A stretch of 64,000 nucleotides of DNA, from assembly GCF_020745735.1 (NCBI RefSeq), contig NC_083409.1, positions 14,913,873 through 14,977,872 on the forward strand. Direction: 5' to 3'. A program made the translations under genes and the position numbers. Numbering within the stretch: the first letter of the stretch is position 1; each line of letters opens with the position of its first letter. A model generated the notes under the pieces. That model made no database searches, was not told the DNA's origin, and saw only the letters and a list, made by a program, of their open reading frames with translations. This DNA is from Hemiscyllium ocellatum (lineage: Eukaryota). Shown in pieces: positions 24,231 through 35,663 of the stretch.

Positions 24231-25359
24231 TCCTGCAACTTCATCTTCAAGGAACTATTCTTCATGTTTTCGATGAACTGAGAGTCTTTCAGTTGTGAAA
24301 GATGCCATTCCATGGCACTATTGGATGAACAGCAGGTAATTTCCCCCTGGTGTCCCTGGTCAATATTTATTCCCCAGTCAAAATCACTCAAAATGTATTT
24401 CTCTGCTAATTATCACATGGGGTTTGGGATCTCGCTGTGCACAGTCTGCTGGAAAGATCCAGTGGGACATCCTGAGTTGGGGAAAGGTGGTACACAAATG
24501 CAAGTCTTTCTTTAAGGGTTGGAGTCTCCTGATCTGGATCCTCATCCATTGTCTGCGCACTCTCACTTTCCAGGAGTCATGGGGTCATTAGGAGCAGTGA
24601 CCCTGTCTGACCCTAGGACACTGAGACTCTTTGCAGCCTCACCCTTGAGCTCAGCCCAATAGTGTGCAGCAAGGTTTGAAATATAATCTAGAATCTTCTA
24701 CACAGACACACAATGTGACTCTTTCATGAAGTGTGTGGATTCGAGTCTGCTCCAATGTTCTTGGATAAAGTTCTCCTGATCTGTGGGTGATCGGAGGTTT
24801 GTTAAAGAGATATCGAGCTCCATCCCACTTTCCAGCTCTTGCTCCATAGCTCTGGAGGTTTTGCTGTTTGAAGTGAATATCCAAGTGTTTTTTTCAATAT
24901 GATGAGGGTTTCGGCCTCTCCCACCCTTTCAGACAGTGAGTCCCACATCCCACCAACCTATGGCTGAAAACAAATACCTTCAACTCCCCTATAATCCTGC
25001 CCCCAACTGATTTCAATCTCTCCCCATGGTTATTGCCCTCTGTGCTGGTGGAAATCAGTCCTTCCTACCCACTCTGTCCAGGCCCCTCATCATTTTACAC
25101 ACCACCATCAAATCTCCCCTCAGCCTCCTCTGTTCCAACGAAAACATTCCCAACCAATCCAACCATTCCTTAAAGCTCAAAGTCCCCATTCCAGACAAAC
25201 TCTTCCTCTGTCCTGGTCTCTCGAGAGATCACATCCTTCCTGTAATGTGGTGACCAGAACCATACACAGGTCTCTCACTGTGCTCTAACTGGGGTTTCAT
25301 ACAGTTCCAGAATAAACAAACTCTTTGCTTTCACAGTCAACCAAAAATGAGATAAGGGA

Positions 25360-25680
25360 GGTGATGGTCTAATGGTGTTATTGCTGAGCTGTTAATCCAG
25401 AGATCCAGGTAATGTTCTGGGGACCAGGGTTAGAATCCAGCAGATGGTGGCATTCAAATTCAATCAAAAAACATCTGCAATTAAGAGACTAATGATGACC
25501 ATGAAACCATCGTTGATTGTCATGAAAAAGCATCTGATTTCCTTATGTCATTTAGGGAAGGAAACTGCCATCCCTACCATGTGACCCCAGACCCACAGCA
25601 ATGTGGGTGACTCTAAACTGCCCTTTGGGTGATTAGGGATGGGCAATAAATGCTGCCGATCCAGCAATGCCCTCATTCCA
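25360..25680 (+). mobile_element. Unclassified SINE-like interspersed repeat (copies at 40060-40390 and 47560-47830(-))
   Basis: Shared GCAGATGG...AATTCAA...GATGACCATGAA...TTTAGGGAAG...CCCACAGCA block in several places. Confidence 0.55.
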
Positions 25681-26807
25681 TCAAGGGAAGAAGAAAAACA
25701 GTTTCTCCCATGTGTCTTCTGGAACCACCTCGCTGACCTGCATTCATTAATCACCATGGCCACATCTTCCAGCTCCACACACATCTGACTTCCAGCTTCA
25801 AAATGATGAGAGACATCCCTTCATTATCTGAGAAACAGATAGAAACATCAAACACAGGAGCAGCAGTAGGCCATTCGGCCCTTCAAGCCTGCTCCACTAT
25901 TCAGTATGATCATGGCTGATCATCCAACACAGATCCCTGTTCCTACTTTCTCCCCACATTCTTTGATCCCTTTAATCCTAAGTATATCTAATTCCTTCAT
26001 AAATACACATTGCATCTAATTCCCTTTTGCTGGAAAAATGGATGACAATTATTGGGTTGTTATTTTTTGACCAGTATGGACACAATGGGCTGATGGGCCT
26101 TTTGGGTCCCTATGACTCTATTGTGATATATTATGAATAACTGGGTACCAAGGGCTGACCCCTGTGGCACCCTAAGTTGTAATTACCTGCCATTCAGAAA
26201 AAGACTCATTCTTTCTGTGCTGCCTGCCAACCAGTTCCCAATCCAAGTCTGTACATGAACCCCAATCCTCTTGTTCATTTGGTCTAGATCTGGAAGTCCC
26301 ACCCTTACTCATTGTGGGAACAGATTCTGAACAGTCTGTCTCATCCTTCGAGGGCTCCCACTGCCCTGACACTGATTTCCCATCATGCCATTGGTTCCGA
26401 TCCACTTTTACCAAAGCACCGCACAGTTTCATAAAATGAAAACTTTTACACTTGCTCCATGGTTCTCCATTTCCATCCCTACTCTCAATCTCACTGAGTT
26501 CTGATCACTGTCACTAAAATGCTCCCACATTGATAGCCCTTCCAGATGCCCACATTCATTCCATAACCGATGGTCCAAAACTGTCCCTTCTCTCTCTGCT
26601 GCTTCACCATCACCTTCTCAGGGGCAACTAGGGACGGTAATGAATGCTGGCCCTGCCAGTGACACTCAGATCCCAAGAAGCAATTTGAAAAGTGTCTGTT
26701 CTTTTGTTGACTACAAATGTTCAAAAAGATTGTATTGCCAGTGAATATTGTGAGGGTTGAATTCCCTTCAAATGGCAGGGATTAAAACTGTTTCTCTTGC
26801 CTTTCAG

Positions 26808-27135
26808 CCCGTGACAACTCTCAGCCCAAGCTGACCCTGCTGCCCCCCTCCCGGAGCAGGTCAATGCCAAGGGCACTGCCACCCTGGTGTGCCTTGCCAA
26901 CCACTTCTATCCCGATGAGCTGGAGGTGCAGTGGAAGAAGGATGGTGCAGTCATTTCGGACGGGGTTCAGACCAGCAACTACCTGCGAGCTTCGGACAGC
27001 ACCTACAGTGTCAGCAGCCTGCTGACCCTCTCTGGGTCTGACTGGGAGTCCAACGCTCACTTCTCCTGTGCCCTCACCCACGTGACCCTCCCCTCTCCCC
27101 TCAGCAAGAGCATCAGGAGATCAGAATGTGTGTAG
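26808..27135 (+). CDS. IGKC: Ig kappa constant exon with an apparent -1 frameshift in a C-run near 26843-26852
   Basis: Acceptor TTTCAG ends at 26807. Reads RDNSQPKLTLLPPS/ then EQVNAKGTATLVCLANHFYPDELEVQWKKDG...FSCALTHVTLPSPLSKSIRRSECV*. Length is 328 bp versus 329 for an intact phase-1 exon. Confidence 0.9.
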
Positions 27136-27661
27136 AGAGTGTGAGACAGTCCACAGAGGAGACACAACTTTAAATAGAACAGGGCTGAGCTGGCAGGACA
27201 AAGGTCATTGTCAGCACTGAATTTCAACTCTCTTCCTTCTCAGGACTGCTCAGAGAACCTTCTGAGGTTTGGATGTAAAAGCAGGTCATTGCGACAGTGT
27301 CGAGGGAGCTTTACGCTGTGCCAAACCCCATGCTGTCCCTGTTCTGGGAGTGTTTGATGGGGACAGAGTTGACTTGTGATGCCAAGTAAAATCTCTTGAA
27401 GTTGCTGAAGACTGTCAGCTGTACAAAACAATGTGAACCTCAGAATTCTCTGCTTCAGTAAACCAGATCTCCTTCCTGCTCAGCCACCAGTTCCAATTTA
27501 AGGTTTTGTCACTGTTTAACGGGACAGGATTCTCATGTTATTGAGCAAACCTCCACAAGTGTTTTCCTCAAGCTCCATTGTGGCTGTGAATTTGAACAGC
27601 CTCCTCTGTCTGGGCTGTTAATTGCAGGTTTTTTTTCTGTCAATGTGAATATGGAAAAGGG

Positions 27662-27667
27662 AATAAA
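27662..27667 (+). terminator. Polyadenylation signal AATAAA for the + strand kappa transcript
   Basis: About 530 nt after the stop codon. Conserved in the paralogue as TTTATT at 46584-46589. Confidence 0.7.
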
Positions 27668-28034
27668 GATGAAGATTCAGTCTCTGTTTCTGTGTGCTTT
27701 GGAAATAGATGACCTTCCCCGCCCCCCAGTTGATTGACCTGCTGAAATGCAGCCATTGTCAAGATTGGCTGGTTGGCCTGTCAATCAATTACAATCATTA
27801 ATCATTTCCAAATGATCCCTTTGGTCAGGAATTTATGCAGGTTACAAGATTCCAAAAAGAACAGAAACTGAAAGTTGTTAGGACTCAATAAGTACAATCT
27901 GAGGCATTCCCGTTTCACTCTGTTGGTCCAGGCCCGGCTGATGGGATCGCACTGTGCAATCTCTGCTGTCTGTTGGGTAGCAGCTGAAACAATCTTCGGC
28001 CAATCACTGACATTGTCAGCTGTGTCTCTCTGAG

Positions 28035-28272
28035 GTAAAAACAAGGACTGCAGATGCTGGAAACCTGATTCTAGATTAGAGTGGTGCTGGAAAAGCACAG
28101 CAGTTCAGGCAGCATCTGAGGAACAGGAAAATTGACATTTCGGGCAAAAGCCCTTAATCAGGAATAGATCTCTATTCTTGATGAAGGGCTTTTGCCCGAA
28201 ACGTCGATTTTCCTGCTCCTCGGATGCTGCCTGAACTGCTGTGCTTTTCCAGCACCACTCTAATCGAGAATG
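28035..28272. mobile_element. Penelope-derived back-to-back hammerhead insertion (family 1)
   Basis: 14-bp TSD TGTG(T/C)CTCTCTGAG at 28021-28034 and 28273-28286. Empty site at about 44910-44923. + strand motif TTGATGA-A-GGGC-TTTT-GCCC-GAAA-CG-TC at 28178-28205. Confidence 0.75.
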
Positions 28273-29919
28273 TGTGCCTCTCTGAGTGCGAGTGTTTAAC
28301 TTAATGCTGCTTGGAGGGGTCTCTCTCAGTGTGGATTTGTTACTCAGAGAGACACCTACAGGCAGCGTTCAGTAACGCACCCACATTCGGAGACACCTGT
28401 CTGCAGCATGGAGTGTGATCATGGTCCTCAGTGCTACCTGTCTCACAGAGTGAGTGTGTTACTCTGTGCTGCCTGTAGGTGTCTCTCTGAGGTATGTGTC
28501 TCCAAGCGATGGATTGAGAATGGGTTTTGTGCTGGGGATTGAAGATTAGGCTTTAATCTTCTCAAATCATGAATGGAAAAACAGTTCTGCTGATTCAGTC
28601 TGAGATGGCAGCTCACTCAGATGGCCAAAGTTAAAAAATTCAACAACTCCAGGTGATAGTCAAACAGGTTTATTTGAAAGTAGAAGCATTCAGAGCACAG
28701 CTTCTTCATCAGGTAGCTGGAGGGGCAGGATCATTGGACACAGAATTTATTGTAAATTCAGATGGCAGCTGAGAAAGGTGAATACTGAGAGTGTATTCTC
28801 AGTAAGTGAGGGATTTCAGAGGCAGTGGGCACTGTGCTCCCTAATGCAGAAATGTCGATTTTCCTGCTCCTCAGATGCTGCCTGACCTGCTGTGCTTTTC
28901 CAGCACTACTCTAATCTAGACTGTGCTCCCTAATGTGTTGCCCAATTACAAGGGGACTTTCTGAATCCAGGGTCAATCGTGGCTGCCTGCCCAGCCAATG
29001 CTGGCTCCCCATAGTCATATTTCAGTGGTTAATTAACCCAAAACAAGGTGCAGCAATATTACCTTCCAGGGAGGGGAGCTGTCTGAGGGAGGGAGGTTGA
29101 ATTCTTGCAGCCCCAAGAGAGGTTGCGGTGGATTAATGACAGGTATGACCACCATGAAGGTGCCACCTTCTCTCCCCCTGCCCCAGCTGTGATGACCCTC
29201 AGGTTAAAAGTGTGACTGCTCTGGGATGATGACCACATTCCTGGGTGATGGAGGGAAGGTCAACTGCTCCCAAAGGCAGCACAGGCTGGATCGAAGGTGA
29301 AACAAGAGTAAGCATGGGGAGATTGAGGGTGACAGAAGGAGGGGGTTGGTTGGCAGGTTGTTATTCAGAGTCAGGTCCCAGAGTATCAGTCCTTCTGACA
29401 TGCCCCTTTCTATCTGTCAGCCAGGGTTCCCTGATTGGGCAAAGTTAACTGTCCCTGTCAGAGAACTCATATTTCATCAAAAAGAATAAACATTTATTGA
29501 ACAAGGAGCTCAAGAGCTAAATGACACGAGACAAAATGAATGGTTTGAAAGATTTCATTATGGACACCGCAAATGAGATTTGGTGAAGAACTTTTTCACT
29601 CAATGTGTGGTGGGAATGTGGAATGGACTGTCATAAAATCCCTACAGTGAGGAAACAGGCCATTTGGAAGAGTAACCTACCCAAGACCCAATCCCCTATC
29701 TTATTACTCTGCTTTTCCCCTGACGAATGAGCCTAACCAACACATCCCTGACCACTATGGGCAACTTAGCATGGCCAATTCACCTAACCTGCACGTCTTT
29801 AGATTGTAGGATGAAACCAGAGCACCCAGAGGAAACCTACGCAGACAGTTGGAGAATGTGCAAACTCCACACAGACAGTTGCCTGAGGCTGGAATTGAAG
29901 CTGCGTCAAAACACCCAAG

Positions 29920-31071
29920 GAGAAAGTGAGGTCTGCAGATGCTGGAGATCAGAGCTGAAAATATGTTGCTGGAAAAGTGCAGCAGGTCAGGCAGCATCCA
30001 AGGAACAGGAGAATCGACGTTTCAGGCATAAGCCCTTCTTCAGGGCTTTCCTGAAGAAGGTCTTATGCCTGAAACGTCGATTCTCCTATTCCTTGGATGC
30101 TGCCTGACCTGCTGCGCTTTTCCAGCAACATATTTTCTGCTCAAAACACCTAAACCATCCTTGACTTCGCTCCAACCTCTGCCTCTACTTCTGGCCCCTC
30201 CCACTCTGCAAACAAGACTGAGACTACATTTCCCAGAGTCACCCTGAGTCCAACTGCCTACCTGCAGCCAGCCAGCACACTCGCTCTCCCTCCTCACCCA
30301 TCCACCCCCACAGTGCACCCTATCCTTCCACTTCTCCATCTTCACCTCATCCCCACCTTCCCACTCCCACACCTCACTCCATAACCCACCTCCACTCCAA
30401 TTCTCCTTTCTCTCCCACACCCATTCTCTCCCATTCCCATCAGCCTTTCCCCCCTCCCCTCCTTCAGCCATCTCGGAGCCCCCTGAAAACCTCGTCCCCA
30501 CCCCCGAGCCTTGCCCCTTATTTCCTATCCCCCCACGACCTCGAACTCTCTGAGTCCAAAGGTCCATCCTGAGAAAAGGCCTCACATTCGTTCCCCACCT
30601 CAAAAAATCCCCGCACCCACCAGGACGTGGAGCTCTTCTTCCGCCGCCTCTACCTCCATGTCTTCTTCTTTAACAAAAACTCCCAACCTCCCTCTGAGGA
30701 CCCCTCCTCCCACCTTCACCTTCCTCCTCCACTTGGTCACCGCCCCCCCCACCACCCAGCTGTGTACACACCCTAGAGCTCTTCATTGCTGACCAACGAT
30801 GTGACATCAGCCCGCCTCAATTTCTCCACCTCCCCTCACCCTCTCCAATCACCCCCCTCAAACATGCAGCACTCCACTCTCTTCGTACCAACCCCCGGTC
30901 ACCATCTAACCCACTGACAAAGGCGGTAGTCTGGGGAACGACGTCTATGTCGCATGAGGCCGAACCCCAACTCTCTGACACCACGTTCTACCTCCCCTTG
31001 CCCATGACCCCACCGTGACCCATCAGGCCAAAATCACTCACACTGTCAGTGCCCCCCATTGTCTCCAGTGA
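29920..31071 (+). mobile_element. Penelope-like element 5' portion (inverted terminal repeats plus degraded N-terminal RT region), cut off by the assembly gap
   Basis: Hammerhead-like motifs at 30013-30043(-) and 30051-30078(+). Translated remnants ILRKGLTFVP, QDVELFFRRLYLHVFF, PTDKGG and QLSDTTFY. Confidence 0.7.
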
Positions 31072-31084
31072 NNNNNNNNNNNNN
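31072..31084. other. Assembly gap (13 N)
   Basis: Run of n characters. Confidence 1.
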
Positions 31085-34000
31085 CCCTTCGCACAGCAAG
31101 ATTACAAGCCAAGAAATTCAAATCAACTGTTTGGGGAGCCAGAGCCACTGGGAACCCTATATTGATGAATGTGACCAGCAGGACCTTGTTACTCAGAATA
31201 ACAATTGCACAATAACAATTTGGGAAATAAATATTCCATAAATTAGACCTGGGTCGTCTTTACTCTTCAAATGAGATGGAATTGCCCCGTGTCCCTGGGG
31301 TCAGATTGAGAATGTTCAGTCTGGGGAGTCTGGGAGTCACGGCTGGGAGGACAGTCAATGATAAACTGGTTCCACTTTCTGCTGTCATATTCTGTAGCCC
31401 CTGGGCCATCTCAGTGACAACCATCCAGGGCTCAGGGTGGATTCCAGAGCAGCTCATTGTCCTGACTGTTGTGTTCCTCAGTCCACACGTGGCTCCAGCA
31501 ATCTCACTCCATGGTCTCGTACCAGTGGGAACCATGGGGCTGAAATCTTATCCAAACAGACCCTCACACAGCGGGAGGCTGCTGGTGGCTCAGAAACCCC
31601 TTGGATTCAGTCCCAGATTCCACTGCGGCTCTTTCATCAAACACAGCATTAGCACACTGACACCACATTCAGAGGGCAATCCTGAGATGGGGCAATTTGT
31701 TCTTGATTCTAATGTGAGGAAATGGGGGCTGTTGAAATGTCTAGTCTGAAACGGTGGGGGTACTTTATAATGAAGAATAGAAACTGATGTCGGATAAAGT
31801 CAGGTGATTGATGAATGAGAACTATCTCAGTGATCTGTCTCCAGAATCACAGACTACCCACATCCTTCTGTCAGATCCTGTAGTCTGAGAAGAGTCCTTG
31901 ACATCTAATATTTCTCCCAACTTTCCCAAAAAAGGTGAGATATTTTTCTGTGTCAGTGATTCCTGGAACAGGACATTTTAAAAAGGGCTGTGGGAAGGAA
32001 ATCGTTGGCTCTCAATGACAAAGCCAATGGAAGGATGTGGAGCTGGCTCTGTGAAATGTAGGGCACAGAGGATGACACCAGAAACATTTCAATGTTGTCG
32101 CTCTCTCCTTTGCAATTGCTAAACTGGTAATAATTGTATTCCCCTCACAATGTGCTCTCTTGTATTCGATCCATTTGCCTTTCTTGCTTTGCTTCTTTTG
32201 ACTTTGTTCTGTAAGGTTCCATCAAAACCCAATCTCCTCACACTCATCCAGGCCCCTGAAGAGATTCAAGACAAAGAAAAACTGCAAATGCTGGAGTCCA
32301 AGGTTGACAAGCAGGAGGCTGGGAGAACACAGCAAGCCAGCAGCATCAGAAGGTGGAGAAGTCAACATTTTGTCTGTAACACTTCTTCAGGACTGGTGGG
32401 TGTTGGGGGAGCTGCAGATAAAGGGAGTGGTGGGGGCAGAGTGGTGAGATGGGGATAGGTGAAGGTAAGTAGAGGTAATATCTGATTGGTTGATGGAGGG
32501 ATGAATACAAATTAATCTCTCCATCGATTAATCAGTCATACTCTCTACCATTCTCAACCTATCCCTCCCTCAACACCCTGCTCCACCCCATCCCCTTTTA
32601 AGCCCTTTTCAAATTTTTCCTCATCTCACAGCCCATTCATTGGGTAAATTCATTGGGTAAAACTCCTGTGAACCACCTCCGATGCATTTATATTCTTCCT
32701 TCAATAAGGAGACCAAAACTGCCCTCAGTATTTGAGATGTGGTCATACCAATGTCCAGGAATAACTGAAACATCACAGTCTCACTCTCTGGTCCTTAAGC
32801 ACGCCTACTCCGACTTTTACCAGGCTTTTTACTGTCCATCTCTAATTGCCCTGGACCTGGTGGTGATTAGCTGCCTTCTTGAATCCCTGCAGTCCGTGTG
32901 CTGTTGGGAGATCCACAATGTCCTTAGGAAGGGAATTCCAGAATTCTGACCCAGTGATGATGGAGAACAGCTTCATATTTCCAAGTCAAACTGGTGAATG
33001 ACTTGGAGAGGAACTTGCTGGGGTGATGGTCCCGTGTATCTGCTGCCCTTGTCCAAATATAAGTGGTCATGGGTTTGGAAGCTGTTGTCTCAGGATCTTT
33101 GGTGAATCTCTGCAGTGCATCTTGTAAATAGTACACAGAGCTTTACTGAGCGTCGGTGTGTGGGGAATGCATGTGTATGAATGCGGTTCCAATCAACAGG
33201 CTAAACATGTTTTGAACAATATTTAATTAAAATAAGATAAAACAACATAAAATTAAATATAAATAAAAATTTGCTGGCTTTTAGATAAACCATCACTGAA
33301 CCCAAAAAGTTAACTCCTCCTCTCCCCACAGAGGCTGCACCTTTGCCTTTCTCCAGCATCGCGCTTCTATTTGAGATTTGCAGTATTTTGTTTATGTATC
33401 TGTTTAATGCCATTGGTTATAAGAGAAGCATTGGTCAGCACACACTGGGGAGAGTTTCCCTGAGATGGTCACAAAGCCCTTATATTCACATCGACCTGAG
33501 AGGGCAGTGTTTAACCGATCATCCAGCAGATGGCGTCTTTGCCTTTGCCTGTCTGAGGATAGTGCTCCAGTGTCTGGAATGGAGCTTGAAACCTGCATGT
33601 TCAGGTGACGGTGTTATCACTGGGGCCATGTATTCTTCCTGTGAGGTTGTCACTGGCAAGACCAGCATTTGTTCTCCATCCCTAACTGCCCTGAAACTGA
33701 GTGGCTTGCTTGGCCTTATAAATGGTAGGTACCTGGAACACACTGCCAGAGGAGGGGGTGGAAGCAGACACAATAGAAGTATTCAACAAATACCTGCACT
33801 AATGCATGAATAGGAAGGGAATAGATGGATATGAATCCTGTAGCTGAAGACAGTTTCAGTGAGGTAGGGCAAAATGTGTAAGCACAGGCTGGGAGGGCCG
33901 AAGGCCTGTTCCTGTGCTGTATTGTTCCTTGTTTTTTGATCCCTGCTGTTGAATTGGATTCTCGGGAGCCAGCTCCGTATGAAGAGCTGTTCTCATTCTT

Positions 34001-34689
34001 TTGTTGGAGTTCATGGGCAGCTGCTGCTTCTTGCTACGTCACTGATCAAACCAACAATGTGGAAAGCCTCTTGATATTTTAAATAAACTGTCTGCAGGAA
34101 AATGTTTGGCCGAGGTTTTAATATTGTTTAATAAGATAATGACGTCAATACACCAGTGTTGTTTACAGCTGGAACATTTACCATCATAGCCGAGAATTAA
34201 ACGGACCCTCACTCGTGATAATACAGTTTTTTTTAAATGTTTCTTCTCCTTACGTGTTATGAAGTGGTTTGCAAGTTTTGATGAGGACATACATCTTCAA
34301 CACTGATTGATGGAGTGGGCAGCTGTTTGAATTCTCACTTGTGATAATACGGTTTTAAATGTGTCAGTGTTACTTTCCCCCTCTCTGGGTTGGGGGGGTG
34401 TCGCTGTCACTGTCACTATCCCTACCCCACCCTTCACTCTCGGGGTGATACCATTTTTAGCATCCTTTCTGTTTGAGAATGTCCCTATTCTTGTCCCCCC
34501 TCTCTCCCTCTCGGGACGGTGAGTGTTTCACATGCACCTGGTTTGTTAGTTCCATTTACTGTCTTGTGAACTGGTAAACATCTTTGAGGCTCATGCCCGA
34601 AACGTCGATTCTCCTGCTGTTTGGATGCTGCCTGACTTGCTGCGCTTTTCCAGCAACACATTTTCAGCTGTGAACTGGGTAATCCCTGT

Positions 34690-35300
34690 TTTACTCTGGT
34701 AACAGTGAGTTAAAGCCCGGCACAGTTCACCCTTTATCTCCATCATATCTCAGGACCTAAGGTTGGTCAGTACTGTCTGGCTCCAGAACAATCCCACCAC
34801 TTCCCGCACTTCTCCTTCTTTTCTGAACACCTTGTATCCAGGATTCCCAGTCCCACCCGATCTCTGTTAAAGCCACAGCATCAGATTTGTACTTGGCAAT
34901 CTGCATCTGTAACTCCCCAATACTGTATTATTGACCCATTTCAGTCTGTTTCCCATCAATCAGGGTCCTTAATCGGCAAAGGCTGCCTTTAAATAATCTC
35001 AGTGACTGTGAAGACCTGGTGAGGTTGGGAAAAATCCGAAGGATCAGTTGTCCCATATCGTATTACATACAGGGCCCGGGATACAACAACCGGTACCCGG
35101 ACCCCAGGGGGCCCGTTGTGCTTGGATCTGGGACTGAGGAGCAAGAGCGGGCCTGTAATCTCTGATCTCTGTCCCTGATTTGTGGGTCCTCTCTGATGGA
35201 GATCATTGTCAAATCCATTGTCAAGATCGCCACCTCTTGGCCTGGAGAAGCAAGGACATGCAGTGCTCGTGGGAATAACCTAAATGTGATCAGAGGACAA
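34690..35300 (-). mobile_element. Decayed CR1 ORF1/endonuclease fragment
   Basis: Minus-strand translation resembles the CR1 endonuclease start (VAxTExW...IQGYKVFRKE...GGIVL). Confidence 0.55.
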
Positions 35301-35468
35301 GGTCAAAAATCATACGACACCAGGTTATAATCCAATAGGTTTATTATAAGACACAAGCCTCGCCCCTTATTCAGGTGCTCAGAGGAGCAAATAAGGTGAA
35401 TTTAATCAACAGAGAAAACAAACTCTGCTGTTCATTTCCTTCTCGGTTGACTCCATTCTCCTAAATGA

Positions 35469-35663
35469 GCTGAAAATGTGTTGCTGGTTAAAGCACAGCA
35501 GGTTAGGCAGCATCTCAGGAATAGGGAATTCGACGTTTCGAGCATAAGCCCTTCATCAGGAAACGTCGAATTCCCTATTCCTGAGATGCTGCCTAACCTG
35601 CTGTGCTTTAACCAGCAACACATTTTCAGCTGTGATCTCCAGCATCTGCAACCTCATTTTTTC
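35469..35663 (+). mobile_element. Very young 195-bp Penelope-derived insertion
   Basis: 18-bp perfect TSD CTCCATTCTCCTAAATGA at 35451-35468 and 35664-35681. Perfect 72-bp inverted arms at 35468-35539 and 35560-35631. Confidence 0.85.
35529..35562 (-). ncRNA. Minimal type I hammerhead ribozyme motif (family 1), intact core
   Basis: UUC-CUGAUGA-A-GGGC-UUAU-GCUC-GAAA-CG-UC/GAA. Helix I is 3 bp and helix II is 4 bp with one GU. Palindromic ACGU helix III. Predicted cleavage between 35532 and 35531. Confidence 0.7.

Larger units (their letters stand above)
8660..29903 (+). repeat. Left arm of a large inverted segmental duplication (Ig kappa cluster unit)
   Basis: Colinear reverse-complement matches include 9340-9580/62500-62770, 12400-12860/58500-58930, 14260-14960/56700-57400, 15280-16130/55030-55885, 26760-27800/46440-47450 and 28800-29635/43480-44130. 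Confidence 0.9.

Noticed and set aside
14713-27135. Idea that the joined VJ is a processed retrocopy
   Set aside because: The leader intron, the J-C intron and the promoter are all present and colinear with the unrearranged paralogue.
32270-32400. Additional hammerhead candidates at 32375-32395(-), about 10265, 17430-17490, 28700-28725 and 43865
   Set aside because: These are Penelope-type termini, but the catalytic core or helix II is too mutated to call ribozymes.
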